A stretch of 64,000 nt of DNA from Mobula hypostoma. Lineage: Eukaryota. The notes beneath the pieces were generated by a model that saw only the letters and a list, made by a program, of their open reading frames with translations, was not told the DNA's origin and did not search any database. Position numbers and translations under genes: made by a program. Location of the stretch: contig NC_086113.1 in the NCBI RefSeq assembly GCF_963921235.1, positions 70,804,001-70,868,000 of the forward strand, written 5' to 3'. This document shows positions 27,101 to 42,100 of this stretch, in pieces (position 1 is the stretch's first letter; each line of letters begins with the position of its first letter).

Positions 27101-30100
27101 GGGAAATCTGGATTTGTACATAAGAACATCGAAATACAAGACAACAAGATGTAAATTGCTGCTGCTTGTGCATGGGACAGTGGGGGGGGGGGGGGGTTTC
27201 ACGTTACTAACATTTAACTGTCGTTCATTGTTTGGGGCACTCCTCTGTTCTCATGGATGCTTGTGAATAAAAAATTTCGGGATGTATATTAAATGTACCT
27301 ATTGAAATCTATTGAACAATTTCAAATAATTAGCCTTTTTAACCAGAATTTCATTACTGGTCATCAAATGGAATCATTAGCTTGGTGTACAACCATAAAC
27401 CCTCCACAAACTCTGTCTGAATGGTGTGTATTTGCAGCGTTGTTTTCCTCAACTATCTTCACGTTTCCTCATTTTTCATTGTTACTGGAATAGTTACTTG
27501 TCCTGAAGCCAGATCTGTTATGATTGAGTTTTTACTGCCTTTGCTCAGACGAACAATACTTGTGTCATTTCAGACACCTTCCATCTCCACCCGATCACAA
27601 ACTCTTCCCTTAGCTCCACCCCTTCATTTTCTCTCCAACTTACAATTGCAAAACTTTCCAATTTTCATGACATATCATTAGCCAGAATGACTCTTTACCT
27701 CCGTCCATTGAAACTGCTTGACTTGCTGAGATATTTCCTGCATTTTCTATTTTCATCTCTTAATCTATCTACAGAAACATTTTAAATGAGAAAAAGAGGC
27801 CTACTGTTGCGTTGTTGAAGTCGAGCACAATTCACAAGTTCTGAACTCTTTAACTGAGAATGTAGCTTGTTGTTTTCCTCGATCAGTTTTTCAAACTTCC
27901 CATTTAAAGATTCCTTCAAAAGGTATTAAAACTAGATGTCACTGTTTCCGTAGTCAACAGCAAATATCAAAGTCAATCTTTAGAACTTTTTCAGACTTGA
28001 GATATGAAAAAGACACATGACTTTTTACAGTGCAGAAAAATATACATTTTTCATTCTTCCCTATAAGATACATATTTTACCAATATTTTAAATATCAGAG
28101 ATCACAGTGCAAATCCTGTATAATTTGCTTTACCACCGTGCCTCTAGTTGTAAAGGAAATTTCTGAAAGAAGATTTGAAATTGGCATGCTTCTTGGGAAG
28201 TTTAAGCTTCATTGAAATAAAATAGTTTAAAATTTGAGACATTTGTCTCATAACAAGTTGAAACAACACCACAATGAGACATCCAAAGCCTCTGGAAAGG
28301 AGCATTATTAAACAGACTTTAAGCTGTAATGCTTGATCTGAGACCAAAAGGTTGGTCAAAAGGTAGATTTTAGAGAATGTGGTTTTGAAGGAAATAAAAA
28401 GGTAAAGCTTAGGGAGAGAATTTCAGCATTTTTGCAACAGGGAGCTGAAAACTACTAATGGAATGAATGAAGAAGATATTGCACAAGGGTCAGAATTACA
28501 ACAACATAGAGATCTCCGTGTGGAGGAAGAGCTGAAGAATTTTAGAGGTTGACTGCAAAATCTCCCCCCCCCCCCAGCATTAAGTATCCATTGTGTTTTC
28601 TGCAGAACCACTCTTGGATCTATCACACATTCTTTTTCAATAAAATGAGTTAACAGGTTTCTGTAACGCCAGATTATATTTTACAAATTGATTTGTGGCA
28701 GTGGAAGTGGTGGACACAGGATTAAATGATGCTTACCAAATCATCCTCTTTCTGAGATAATTGATGTTTAATGCATGGGAAATCTGCAGTGTCTAGGCCA
28801 GAGGCTGTTCTGGTCAGCAGAGATCTGTTCTCTTCTGTTAACACTTTAACCTTTGGTTCCAGGCTTTGAATTTTTAAAATGGCCATTGTGTCCAGCGCAT
28901 TGAAGAGCAGTTCTTCAGCAGAGTCTATAGGAGAGTATATGGCAACAAAGAAAAAATGAATCACTGGTCCAAAATAAATTTGCAGCGATTTGGAAGTTCT
29001 AGGATAGCACTTCAGTTGTCATTCGATACATCCAGTGTTTTTTAAAATTTGCTTATAAATAAGATATGGAGTAGCATTACGAATGTTATTTTGTTGTATC
29101 GATGAGACAAGGCAATTGTAACTCTAAATCTAAACCAAGCATCTTCTTTTTTTCTCCTTTTGTAAGTTATTCAGAAAACAACTGTGAACAAACTTTGGTC
29201 TCTGGTTTCTCCTCATCATCTGCTTACTTAGTTTTAGTTTTCTGAATGAACTTTACAAGTTAGTTTTATTCAAATGTTCAATAAAAATTTGTTGCCTCAA
29301 AATCATGCTTCATTTAAAGTCTAATCAATATTACCAAGAGTTGATAACTTGTGAATTTTATCTCTTGACCTCAACCCTGGGGGATTACCTAGCTGTTCAT
29401 AAAGGAAGACAACTTACTAAGGAACCTCTGGTTTGTGTGGAGTGAATTTGAACCACTCCAGTGTCGGTCCACCAGATCAAGTAAATTCTGCAAGTGTGGG
29501 GAAACGTTTGCAGAGCTGCCAGATCTGAGCCCCAATGGAATTCGAGGATTATAATCACCACTTTGATCTACTTCAGGCAATTTATGCAGAGTTGTCTGTT
29601 GGTAAAAGGAGAAATATAGTTACAATGTGTTTACATGTACAAGAGATTCCGAGTTCATTTAAAAATCACCATTTCTAATTTATGTTACATCATTTGGACA
29701 CTTCTTTGCAAATGTGAGGAATACCCACAGCTGATAAGCCTGTCAACTGATGGAAATTACCCATTCAAATCAAATAATACCACTGCGAGTGGTTATAACA
29801 AAATAGCTGAAGTATACTTAGTTTGCCAGATGCATTCAAATAATATCAGTTCTGAAACATGGCAAATCTTAATTTATATGACCACTGTGAAGAGGAGTCC
29901 ATCTTTAGTTACAATGTCTAATATTCACTTAGTTCCCATGAGCTCATGCACAGGAAGATACTTTAAAAGGGGGCAAATCCAGCACAATATAGACTCTTGG
30001 GATTTATGTCAACAAATCAAACATTGTTTAACTCCTGAACCAATCACTCTGAAAAAATTTGTTAAATAAACATCTCAGGAAGAGTAAGTCAGAACAGTGA

Positions 30101-33100
30101 AGTCATTGCAAAATCAAGTACAGAATGGATTCAGAAAAGGAAATGAAATACATTTTCAGTTGAATTTTAAAAATCTCCAAAATGATTGAGAATGAAAATT
30201 TCTACATCAACTATTTACTTTTAAGCAACAGGCAGCGTGTTTGACAATATACTGTCACAGGGTCACACAACATGGAAATGAGCCTGAACTCATGTCTATG
30301 CTAGTCATTACCTTCCTACCTTTACTAAACCCATTTCCTAGCATCCAGCCCGTACCATTCAGCGCCATGATATCTCAAGTGCCTATCGAAATATCTCTTA
30401 TATGCTATGATTGTACTTGCCTCTATCTTCCTCTCAGGTGGTGTGTTCCAGATTTCAGGTAAAAGAAAAGTTCTTCCTCAAATCTTTTATCCCTGTTCTT
30501 AAATCAATGCCCTCACACCTCTCCAAAGATTAGAAGTTCTTCATACGAGCTATAGTCTTTTAATTTTGTGTACCCATACCAGCTACCTAGTCCTTCAGCC
30601 CACCCATTGCCAGTCTTAAGAAAGCAAACCTAGCCTATTCTGTCTGACAATATCCCAATGAATCTTCTTTGCACCTTCTCCAGTACAATCACATCCTTCC
30701 TTGGTTGTGGGGAATCAGGCCTGTGTACAGTAATCCACTAAAGCTTCACCCAGAGGTCCATGAACCAAGTAATTGGAAGAATGGACATGTAAATTTGTGA
30801 CTGATGTACATTTGGGTGTGTGTAATACAGGTGTGAACAGGGAGGTGTGTTGGTGGGAAGATCCAGGTATTTGAAACTGTTAAATGTAGTTCAAAGGAAG
30901 CATTGTTAGAATTGTCCTGAAATTTCTTTGATGTTTGGCACATAAAATGTTGTGTATTGCTGGGTCAAGCAGATCTCTTGCTCCGAAAGGGTCTCTCTCC
31001 TTCGCTCTCCTCTCCCTCCCTCTCGTGACTCCAAAATCTGTCAGCTTATTTGTGATAGTTTATCAAATAAAGGGACTGCTTCATACCGACCAGTACTTCC
31101 CTCTGTGACGACATTCATGCAACATTTGGTGTCAGGAGAGGGATTCCTTCTTGCGACCCATCGTGTGGGCCAGCAATCTCAGCGGCTGAAGTGGGTGAGT
31201 AATTTTAAAATCGGCACTCACACTTGGACCTGTTCAGGTCAGTGGTTATGGAATCGCTAGGTATCATGAACACGACGAAGAGCTGAACTGGTAGATGTTG
31301 AAGTCAGGGAATGTCAGGTCAAGAACCCTGGAGACCCAGGACAGCACTCGACCATGATCGCAACCATTCATAAACCCTTCACCCCAGGGAGAAACAGTGC
31401 AATTTGTCAGAGTCGCCTTCACTGAAAGTTGCATGTGACAATTGAGAGAACAGAAGCAACAGAAACTACAGGTGCACAGAAAGCCGTGAATCGCGTGTTA
31501 AAGTGGAATGGGATCAGTACTGTGTAATAAAGGCTGATTGCTGAAGTCATTTGAAGTTATTTACCACATGTGCTAACACCAGACATCACTCTAACAAGCC
31601 CTCTGCCTTTCACACACAAATTAAAGTGCTTGAGGATCTCACCTATCAATGACATTTTATGAACTCTTCCTACCCTCTTTGTTTCCTTTAAGAAACCCCC
31701 AACACTTTTTTTTATTCTTTGAAAAGCCTCCCATCTTTAGTTCTCTGTACTTGCCACAAACTTTCCTCTTATTGCCACTTAGCACCACAGGTTCAACTTC
31801 ACAAGATCAGCATTTAAATCTTCCTTCCTTTTCTGAATCTTTATCTCACAATTTCAGGAGAGAAACCAGCTACTAACATCAGTGTCAAAGCTCCTGACTC
31901 CCACAGCTATTTTAATAATTCTTCACCTACCCTGTCTCCCATTCTCCCAGTTCCTCTGAATCCATCATATTTGCTCTGGTGATGTCACCTGAACCTCAAC
32001 ATATCTTGCTTTCACGAAAGGGAGTTTTTAAGGAACTTTTCATGACATCATAAGGTACCGATGAATATCAGCCAATCAAGTTTTTGCCCAAAATCACCTT
32101 TGAAGTTTTGTTGAAAACATAAATCACTAGAATCAGTCTGACCTGGGGCTTTGGTTATGTGATGTACACAGGTTATCTCCTGGTTTCAAAACCTCAAAGT
32201 TATTGTAAAGCCATGGTGAGAAATGTAGTGCCTCACATAGTCTGAATTAAGGGGGAGGGTATGAACATGAATACAATCAAATAACTTCTTACAGTATTTC
32301 TCATATACATTAGTCTCCTCATGCTGAAGACAACCTTATTGTCTAGTACAGTATAGGCTGCAGACAACTGCACTTTGGAAAAATTAACTTTGTTAAATGA
32401 ACTGTGTCTGTTACCTTTCCATTATAACTTGGCTGCAAAGAATTTAAACTGCTTGTTTTTGTCGCTTCTAATCTCTTGTCAATATATTCCATGTTGGCTC
32501 TGGTTAACTTTGATTGTCTTTCTGAACCCTTGTTGCCTGTAATTTCTGTACTGATGTGTTCAGTAAAGCCAGCTGATGCTTTATTTTGTTGATCACAAGA
32601 TGATGTTTCTTGGTGGAAGGCATTCTGGATTTGTGACAGCTGGCACTGTCATCTTCAGGGGTATTTCTACTGCTGACCTTATTGTTTTAAATCGGAATTT
32701 CATCTGAAAATGTTACTCTCAATCCTTCCCTGGATCGATTACAAACATTCTTCCCCACAGAACAGAAAGAGGATTGGACTGGTGGTTGATAATTTCTGTA
32801 ATCATCTGAAAGGCAAATATGTTACAAAATAGCTGTGTGGAAAGTAAACATACTTTGTTGAATGTCTAACTCCTGAGAATGATTAAATAGTTTCATTGGA
32901 TATTTATCTTTAATATCGTTACTTGTCTTTAAAAATGTAATCAAAATTGCAAAGGAATAATGTGTTTAACTCTGAAACTTAATCACTTTTTCTGGTAAAT
33001 GACCATCATAAATAATAACATGTAATTTCTGTTGTGTATTTAATATTTCAATAATGTTTGAGTGACCTTGTATAGTCATAGTTTAATTAACCATTATCCG

Positions 33101-36100
33101 TCATTTAAATAATTAATTTATTTGAAAAAATAGGCAGACCTCATCACGCTCTATGATATACGCGCACCTCACTCAAAGTGAACTCGAAGTTACACCCGTA
33201 TTTTTGGATTCCATGTTTTTCCTTGAATGAGTTTAATGTGTCAAAGATACAAAAGATAAAAGCTTCCCTTTGGACTTGGAGACTTTTCAGCGGAACAGAA
33301 CTGAAGCGAAGTGATGCAGTGGGCCGATCACCGAGGGCAAGGAAGGACTGAAGTTCCATCAAATTAAGCTCTGCGCCAAATCGGAAAGGTCCGCTACTGG
33401 CCTCATCAAGGCGCCGGATATCGGATCCTGGATCCAGGTTCTGGAGCACATCGAAGCAACAGAACCTGATGTTTGGACAATGATTTGGTATCTGGGCCAG
33501 ATTGAAAAGCTCAGGGTGCAGGACCAGAGACAAGGGACGGGCCGGTTCAGCTCGTTGTTCTGCTCTCTGTTGAACTAAGGCTCGATGGGTAGGCTCTCAG
33601 TGTGGACTTCGGTTCAGAACGCTATTTGCTCACATTTACTGTTTGCATGATTTTCTTTTATCTCTCTACAGTCGGTGTTTGACAGTCTTAAACATTTTTT
33701 GGGGTGTCTTTACTTTCATGGCTGCCTGTTAAGAGATGAATCTCAAGGTTGAATAGTGTGTAAGGCTGGTGCAAGGCTTTGCCAGTGAGGATACTCTGCT
33801 GGTAGTTATAAGCATATCTGCGACTGTTGGTGATGTGACATCAGCACTGGACTTCGAGGCGACTGCTGCTGGATTTCAATCAGGCCGTCCCCCTGCATGA
33901 TTTCCATCCCTGTTGGGTTGAGTGTCGAGCTAGCAATTTAGCCTCATGAAAAGAAGACAAATGCTAAGGAAACAGCAAACAATGTCACCCAATGCGCCAC
34001 AAGGCATGAAAAGGAACAACAACGACATATGCATATCTGCAAATACCAGAGAATTTTTTGGGAGATGTTAGGTACTATTTGTAGATGCAGAAATGGACAG
34101 CAGTTTTAGTAATTTAGCTCCCAGTTTACACATTGTCAGTGGCACACTCCAGGCCTAAGCATTTGACCTGTAACGGACCGGCAGATCCCAGTGACCATTT
34201 CTTTATTGAAAATTTTTGCCTCTGGTGTGCTTCATACCTCAATTGAATGGAGAAAGGAACATTGCTCCTGGGTGTTCCTGCGGAGTTAACCCTCCAGCTG
34301 CCGATTAGAATTCAAGCTGTACCAATACTACGTACATGCATTTTTAAATATAAATCTAGAAGGCTTTACCTTCACGGGAATGAATCTGATGTTGTTCACT
34401 TCTCAAATGTTCAGTTTCCTGAAAGAAAAAATGATTTTATTATAAAGATACTGTTCCAGTATCAAAAATTAAGAAAGAACATCTGACAAATGTATTAAAA
34501 TTAGTAATGTCCCCATTTTTAAATACACACAAATAGTTCCAGTTACACTGTATGTTGGTTTGATTCACATAGCCCCAGACAACAATCATTCAAAATTTAG
34601 TCTGCTCGAATGTGTTTATTTAATTTCTAAATGTAGAGGTAGATGCAAGTGAAATGACTAATTAATATTTATAAGTTAAGATCTATGTTGTATTTTTAAT
34701 ACTTTATTTTCATATAAGCTCAGACATGTGTAAAAATAAAATAAGCAAAGGAAAAAGATAAAAAAGGGACATAACATTCGAGGGATGGCTGCTATACAGT
34801 GCTCAAAAATGCTAAACATTAAGTCTCTAACGAGGGCTGTGAGAGATTAGCTGGGGGGGGGGAATTGTTTATCTGCCCCCGACCTTGTCCAGATAGGCAA
34901 GAAATGGATCCCAGACAGCCAAAAATTTTAAAATTGAATTGGTTCTCAAAAACCTGAGTCTCTCTATCTGTATGACTGAGATCATGTCAGCCATCCATCT
35001 CCGAAAGGAAGGGGGAGAGGGTGATTTCCATTCCATCAAGATGAGTTTTTTGGCGACAGTCATCCCCAGCATCAGAGACTGTCGTATGGCTGTAGGGAAG
35101 CATAAAGTGGATTGCGAACAGCCAAAGATGGCGAGACTGGCTTCCAAGGGGAAGGATCTTTTATAGGCCTTTGAGTACTAGTCAAATATTTTGGACCAAA
35201 ATCCAGTCAGTGAAGGACAAAACCAAAAGGTGTGTGACAATGTGCCCTCCGTCCCTGGGTATCTGTCACACATTGGCAAGACAGAAGGGTAACTCCTGTG
35301 CAACCTGAGTTTAGAATAGTGGAGACAGTGGACAACTTTAAACTGGATCAGTTGGTGTCTGCTGTTAACAGAGCAAGCCTGTATCATCGACAAACTCTAG
35401 TCCCAGGCAGCTTCATATGGTTCAATGCCCAATTCCTCTTCCAGGCCTCCCTGATCTTCACAGTAAAGGCTATAGTACAACCATCAAACAAACGCACAAA
35501 CTTAGAAACGAGATGCCTGGAGTCAGGAGGGTTCTTTAAAATATCAAAAAATATATGCTTCCCTGGAAGGATTCCAAAATAACAAATCTTGAATTGGACG
35601 TAGTGTCTAATTTGTAAATAATGAAAAAAGTGCAAATGAGGCAGCTCAAATTTCTCTTTCAGCAGACCCAATGTTGCAAACCGTCCCTCTATGTACAGGT
35701 CTTCGATAGAAACAAAACCCTTCTCCCTCCAAGCATGGTAGGTTTTGTCTGACCATGAGGGTAGAAAGGAGTGATTGAAACAGATTGGTGTTTGTACAGA
35801 GGTCTCTGGTAGATTCAGAACACTTCTAATCTGATTTAGAATTCCAATGGAGTTTTTCAAAATGAAACTTAGACTTTTTAAAGTCCCAGGCTTTTCTAGC
35901 TGGCTGGGAAAGAGGAGTTGACTCCATATATAGCCACAAGGGGGCCCCAGGGGCTAAGTTATCCGGAGCCCCCTGTTGCCAGAACATCAGAGCCCTAACA
36001 TTGACAGGCCAGTAATAGTGTCTGAATACAAGTAATCCCAGCCCTCCTTCAGACTTGGGCTTTTGTAAATGAATTTTCAAAATCCTGTGGTTCTTGTAAT

Positions 36101-39100
36101 TCCAGATGTAAGACAAAATTATGCAGTCCAACTCTTTAAGGAAGGCTGATGTAAGAAAAATGGGAAGACTTTGACAAAGATAGAGAAACCTAGGAAAGGA
36201 AACTATTTTAATTGAATTTATATGACCAATCACGGACAGAGGTAGGGTTTTCCAACTTTCTATGTTCTGTTTAAGTTTTGAAATAAACTCCACGAAGTTT
36301 AATTTAAATATTAATTTCGGATCTTTGGGTATTGCCAAGCTAAGAGAAGTAAAGTGATCTTTAACTACTTTAAACGGGACACTTTCCAAAAAACCCGGAA
36401 TGTAGACGTCGGACAGGGGCACGAAGTCACTCCTTGTCTAATTGATTGAGTAGCCCGATAGTCTGCCAAAAGAAGTGATTAAATCTAGAAGAAGGGGGAC
36501 TGACTTTTCTGAGTTTTGTAAGTACAGTATCACATCGTCGTTGTGTTTCAATACCTCCCACTTTCAAACCCACAATATTTGGGTGACTTCTTATTTTTAG
36601 GGCAAGGGGGCTCTACTGCGATGTCAAAGAGGCCGGCAAGAGAGGGCACCCCTGCTGAACTGTGTAGGGGTGTAGGGGTGTAGGGGTGTAGGGGTGTAGG
36701 GGTGTAGGGGTGTAGGGGTGTAGGGGTGTAGGGGAAACACAGCTGAATTGTTGCCAATAATTATTATAGAACACATTGGGCTGGTGTATATCAGTTCTAC
36801 CCAGGATATAAATGACTCGCCAAACCCAAATCTGTACAGTGACTCAAACATTTAAGGCCACTCAATCTGGTCAAAAGCCTTATGTGCATCAAGGGATAAG
36901 ATTTCTCCCCATTAGCTTTCCCATGATCAGCGTACATAGTATTAAGGAGGCGTCTGACACTGGAAAAAGAGAACCTGCCCGGGATGAATCCTGTCTGATC
37001 AGGATGAATGATAGATGACAAATGCTTATTTAGCCAGTTAGCCATCATTTTAGTGATTACCTTTCTATCGAGGTTCTGGAGTGCAATGGGCCTAGAGCTG
37101 ACCGGGTCTGTTTCCTCTTTCCCTTTCTTTAAAATGAGGGAAACGTTAGCCTCGTGCAATGTTTTAGGCAAGGCTTTGTCATATTAACAAATTAATTAGA
37201 CTGAATAGAAAACACAATTGATAGAAACCATGAAACAAAATTTGAGAGAAGCTGAAGGGCAGCTGTTGTAGTGACACAGCTACCTGATACAGGGAGGAAA
37301 GGGAACTCACTGAGATACATCCATGAAACTGGAACATCCCAGGTCGGGATTTGGGCAGAGGGATAGGAATGCAACTTAGAATCTATTGGTACCCTTGGAT
37401 AATAGCCTATTCCTCTATTATTGTCTCTTGGGGTGTGAACAAAGTCCGGAGGGAAAAGGGGCACCCAGCTAGTGACAGTGAAAGGGACAGTAGGGTTAGG
37501 GGCATAGGCACACTGACGTGGAGTGCTGTCGGCCCACTGGCTGAATGAAGTCTGTTGAGTATTAAGTTGGGAAGCCCTGCGGCAGCTGTATAAAACCTCG
37601 GTCAAGCTACATTTGGTGTTTTGAGTGCAGTTCTGGTTGAAGAAACTCGCCTCATCAGGAGACTGAGGAAGTGATTAATGGGAGGTACAGGGAGATAGTC
37701 CACCCCGAGGTTGTAGGAGGCAGATAACTGGGTTACTGTAAGGAGGAAAGGAAATGGGCAGCCAGTGTGGAGTAGAGCTGTGACTGTCCCCTCAAAAGTA
37801 AGTATAGCACTTTGGATAACGTTGGGAGGGACGAGCTGCAGGAGTGGAACTGCAGCAACCTGGTCTCTGGCACTGTGGATCGGAGGAGGTGAAGCGGACT
37901 GCAGCAGTGATAGGAGGCTCCATAGTCAGAGGAATAGAAATGAGATTCTGTAGACTGGATAGAGAAATCTGGATGGTATGTTGCCTCCCAGGTGCCAAGG
38001 TCCAGGACGTCTCGGACTGGATCAATGGGAAGGATTGAGGGAGCAATATCCTTATGGGCAGCTTTGCTGGAGCTGCTCAGGTGGGAAGAGGATGGGAACC
38101 AGTCATAGGGCTGAGGATCGGGCAGTTAGTTTACAAACAGAGCGGTGAGACTGCTAGCAAGGAGAGCTCGAGGATGGGCCAAAATTACAGGTACAGTAAT
38201 GGAGTGAATCGCAAGGTAAAAGGAGGCCAAAATCAAAACGGATGATCAGTACAGGACTGAAGGTGATGGCACACATTATTCTGAATAAGGTAGATGAACT
38301 TGCAACAGATTGGCATGTATGACATTGTGGGCATCGCTGATTTGTGGCTGAAAGAAGATTCTAGCTGGGAACTTAATTGTCCAAGGATAACATTGCATTG
38401 AAAGGGCAGGCCTGCAGGCCGAAGGCATGGAGGAGGGGTGCTGTATTGAGAAAAAATTAAATCAAACCATGAGAAAGAAGTGACAAAGGATTGAAAGGTG
38501 TAGAATCATGGGTAGAGCAAAAAAACTGCAAAGGCTTTTAAAGACCAGCAGAAAGCGACTAAAAAAAGTGATAAAAAAAGAAAGGATGGCACATAAAAGT
38601 AAGCTAGCCAATAACATTAAAGAGGACCAAACAAAGTTCCTTCAGATATTTTAAGTGTAAAACAGGCGACTGAAGAATTCAGACCACTGGAAAGTGATGC
38701 TGGAGAGGTGGTAGTGGGACACAAGGAAATGGCAGATGATCTGATTAAGCATTTTGAATCAGGCTTCACTGTAGTCTGACAGAACTTAGAAATTTTCAAG
38801 CGGCGGAAGTATGTGAAGTTGCCATTTCTAAGGAGAAGGTGCTTGACAAACTGGAAGGTCTGAAGGAAGACAAGCCACCTGGAGAAAGGATCTGCATCCC
38901 AGGGTTCTGAAATAGGTGGTTGGAGAGACTGTGGAGGTGTTACTGATGATCTTTCAAAAAGCAATGTATTCTGACATGGTTCTGGAGGAATGGAAAATTG
39001 CAAACGTCATTCCACTCTTCAAGAAGGGAGAGAAAAAGAAGAAAGTAAATTATAGAGCAGCTAGTCTGACATAAGGCGCTGGGAAGATAAAATTAAAAAT

Positions 39101-42100
39101 GGACATAAAATTAAAAAGTCTTTGGTGCACAGGGACTTGAGAGTCCCTTCATAGGATTTCCTAAAGGTTCACTTTCAGGTTGAGTTGGTGGTGAGGAAGG
39201 CAAATGTGGTGTGTCAGCATTCTCTTCGAGAGTACTAGAATATAAAGGCAAGGATGTAATGTTGAGGGTTTACAAGACACTGGTGATGTTTCACTTGGAG
39301 TACGGTGAACTGTGTTCAGCTGTGCTGACATTGGCGAGGGTTTAAAGGAGCTTCACAACAATGATTCTGGGATTGAAATGGTTATCAAATGAGGAGTGTT
39401 TGAGGGCTCTGGGCCTGTACTCATTGGAATTCAGAAGAAATGAGGGGAAATATCATTGAAATCTGTCAAATGTTGAAGGAGCTTGATAGAGTGGATGTGG
39501 AGAGGATGTTTCCTATGGTGGGAGAGCTAAAGAGCAGAGAGAGGACACAGCCTCAGAAGGATGTCCATTTCGAATGGAGAAGAGGAGGAATTTCTTTTCC
39601 GTAGAGTGGTTAATCAGTGGAATTCTTTGCCAAGTCATTGGGTGTTTTTAAAGCAGATACTGGCAGATTCTTGATTAGTCAGGGCATAAAAGGATATGGA
39701 GAGAGGACATGAGATTGGTGCTGAGAGAGAATTGAATCAGGTATTATGAAATGGTGGTGCAGACTCGATGGGCCAAATGGCCTAATTCTGCCCCTATATC
39801 TGATGGTCTTGTGATTTGATTGAAGTTTTCAAGATATTAAGACAATCTAATCTGCAGGGTTTATTAAGAAACTATTTCCACTCAGGGCAGGGACTGAAAA
39901 TTAGAATTTGTGCTTTCAGACCAAGATAAGGAAATATTTCTCAGTGAGAAAGATCATTGAAATCTGGAACCATCTTCCACGTAGAAGATTTTTTCGGGTC
40001 AATGTTTAAGACATTTTAGTTAACCAGAGTTAATAAGGGCTACTGCTGGTCAAGAGCACGTATATACAGTAGAGTTAGTTCACAGGTCAGCTAAAATATC
40101 GTTAAATGGTGAACAACACTGTCAGACTGAATGGCCGTTTCCTCCTCCTGTGTTTCAATATTAAACTCCTCTAATTGTGTCTCCTTACTCAGGCTGTCCT
40201 CCACCTTTCTTTTCACTCATGTCAGCATTATATTCCTTTAAAACACCTTTGACTGTTAAAAATGTGATAAGAATCCAAGTTATTCTTGCATGCAAGTATA
40301 CACACAGTGGCTACTTTATTAGGTATGTCCTGTACCAAAGAAATGGCTACTGAGTGTATGGTTGTTGTCTTGTGCTGTTGTAGCCCGTCCACTTCAAAGT
40401 GTAACATCTTGTGCATTCAAAGTGCTCTTCTGCATGTCACTGCTCTAATGTGTGGTTATCTGAGTTCCTGTCACCTTCCTGTCCGCCTGAAGCAGTCAGG
40501 CCCTACCCCTCTGACCTCTCTCATTTTCAAACACAGTATTGCCGCTCACAATAGGTGGCAAAAGCTTGATCAAAGGGACGGGATGAAAGCAGTTTTATGC
40601 TGATCACCCCTTTCACTGTACACTCGGGAGAATATTGCGCATGAAAATCTCAGGAGATCAGCAGTTCTGAGATATTTAAACCATTCTGTCTGGCAACAGC
40701 AATCACTCCAAGGTCACCTAAATTACGTTTCTTGCCCATTCTGATGTTTAGCTGAACAACTGAACCTCTCGACCGTGTCTGCATGATTTCATGCGGAGAG
40801 CTGCAGCCATGTGACTGGCTGATAAGATATTTACTTTAGCCAGCAGCTGTACAGGTCACCTGATAAAGTGGCCACCGAGTGTATTTTGTGATCTGGAATA
40901 TGCGGTATGAAAGGATGATAAAAGTCCATTAAAAATAAAAGCTTGATTAAATCTCTTTAATTGAACCCCAGTGCCTCATTTCATCATGTTACCCAACCTC
41001 ACAAATGAGAAGATACTAAGCTCGATGTGAGGATAAGTTTTCTGAGATTCAAAGCACAGTCATTATGAAAGAATGTGTAAATTATACACCTTGAAATTTA
41101 TAAGCAGTCGCAAAGGAAGAAATTCAAATAACCCAATAAAAAGACAAAAAAGCACTCTGCAGGGAAAAAGAGAGGGGAAAAAAATCACATTGAGCAAACA
41201 GAAGAAAATCAAAGCAGTAGGAAAAGTAAAAAGCTTACAGCATATTTACCTTTGAGATCAGTTGGCATATAGTGTTGATATGTTTAACTTCAATAATCAG
41301 TTATTTTAATCGGTAATGAAAATTTCTATCCACCTAACCTATTCTCATTTCGAGATCAAAAACTCCTTAATTTACTGGCAGAAGGATATCTTAGTTATTT
41401 GCTGTTAAAACATTGCATCTATGGTTCATTCAAAATATTAATGAACCTGCTGTACACAGCAATCAGAATAACTCCTCACTTTAAGAAACTAAAACACCCC
41501 TTTCCCTCGTTCTAACCCCAAATATAATTTTACCTCTGCTTACATGCTCACAAAATATAAATTTTACCCGAACAGCACACTACATTCAATATCAATATAA
41601 GGTAACAAACTGATAGATAAAATTCATGGCTGAAAACTGACCAAGCTTAGTTATGGGTTCTGAAGAACTAAAAACAAAATGATAACATGTACGCTTTTAT
41701 GGCTGTTTTGTGAACTTCCAATATTTCCTGTTTTCACAAAAGAGAGTTAAAGGAAATTGTCATAATGTCAAAATGTGCCAATGACAATCAGCCAATCAAT
41801 CTTTTGCTTCAGGTCACCTTTGAAGTTTGGCTGAAAACGTGAATCACTAGAATCAGTTTTACCTGGGGTGTTGGTTCTATGACGTAAGCAGGTTATCTTC
41901 CAGAGGCAAAACCTCCAAATTGTTGTAAATTCATGGTGAGAAATGTAGTACCTCATGTAGGTTCGTTTAAGGGGGGTGGGGATGATTAAGAATACGATCA
42001 ACCAATATTTGTAAAATATTTCCCATATAAACAATACCACATCAGTCTCCCAATTCGAGAGACAACTGAACATTGTAAAATATTAACTTAGTTAAATGAA

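Noticed and set aside
29635-30069. 144-aa plus-strand intronic ORF
   Set aside because: No recognisable motif or splice context; compatible with chance
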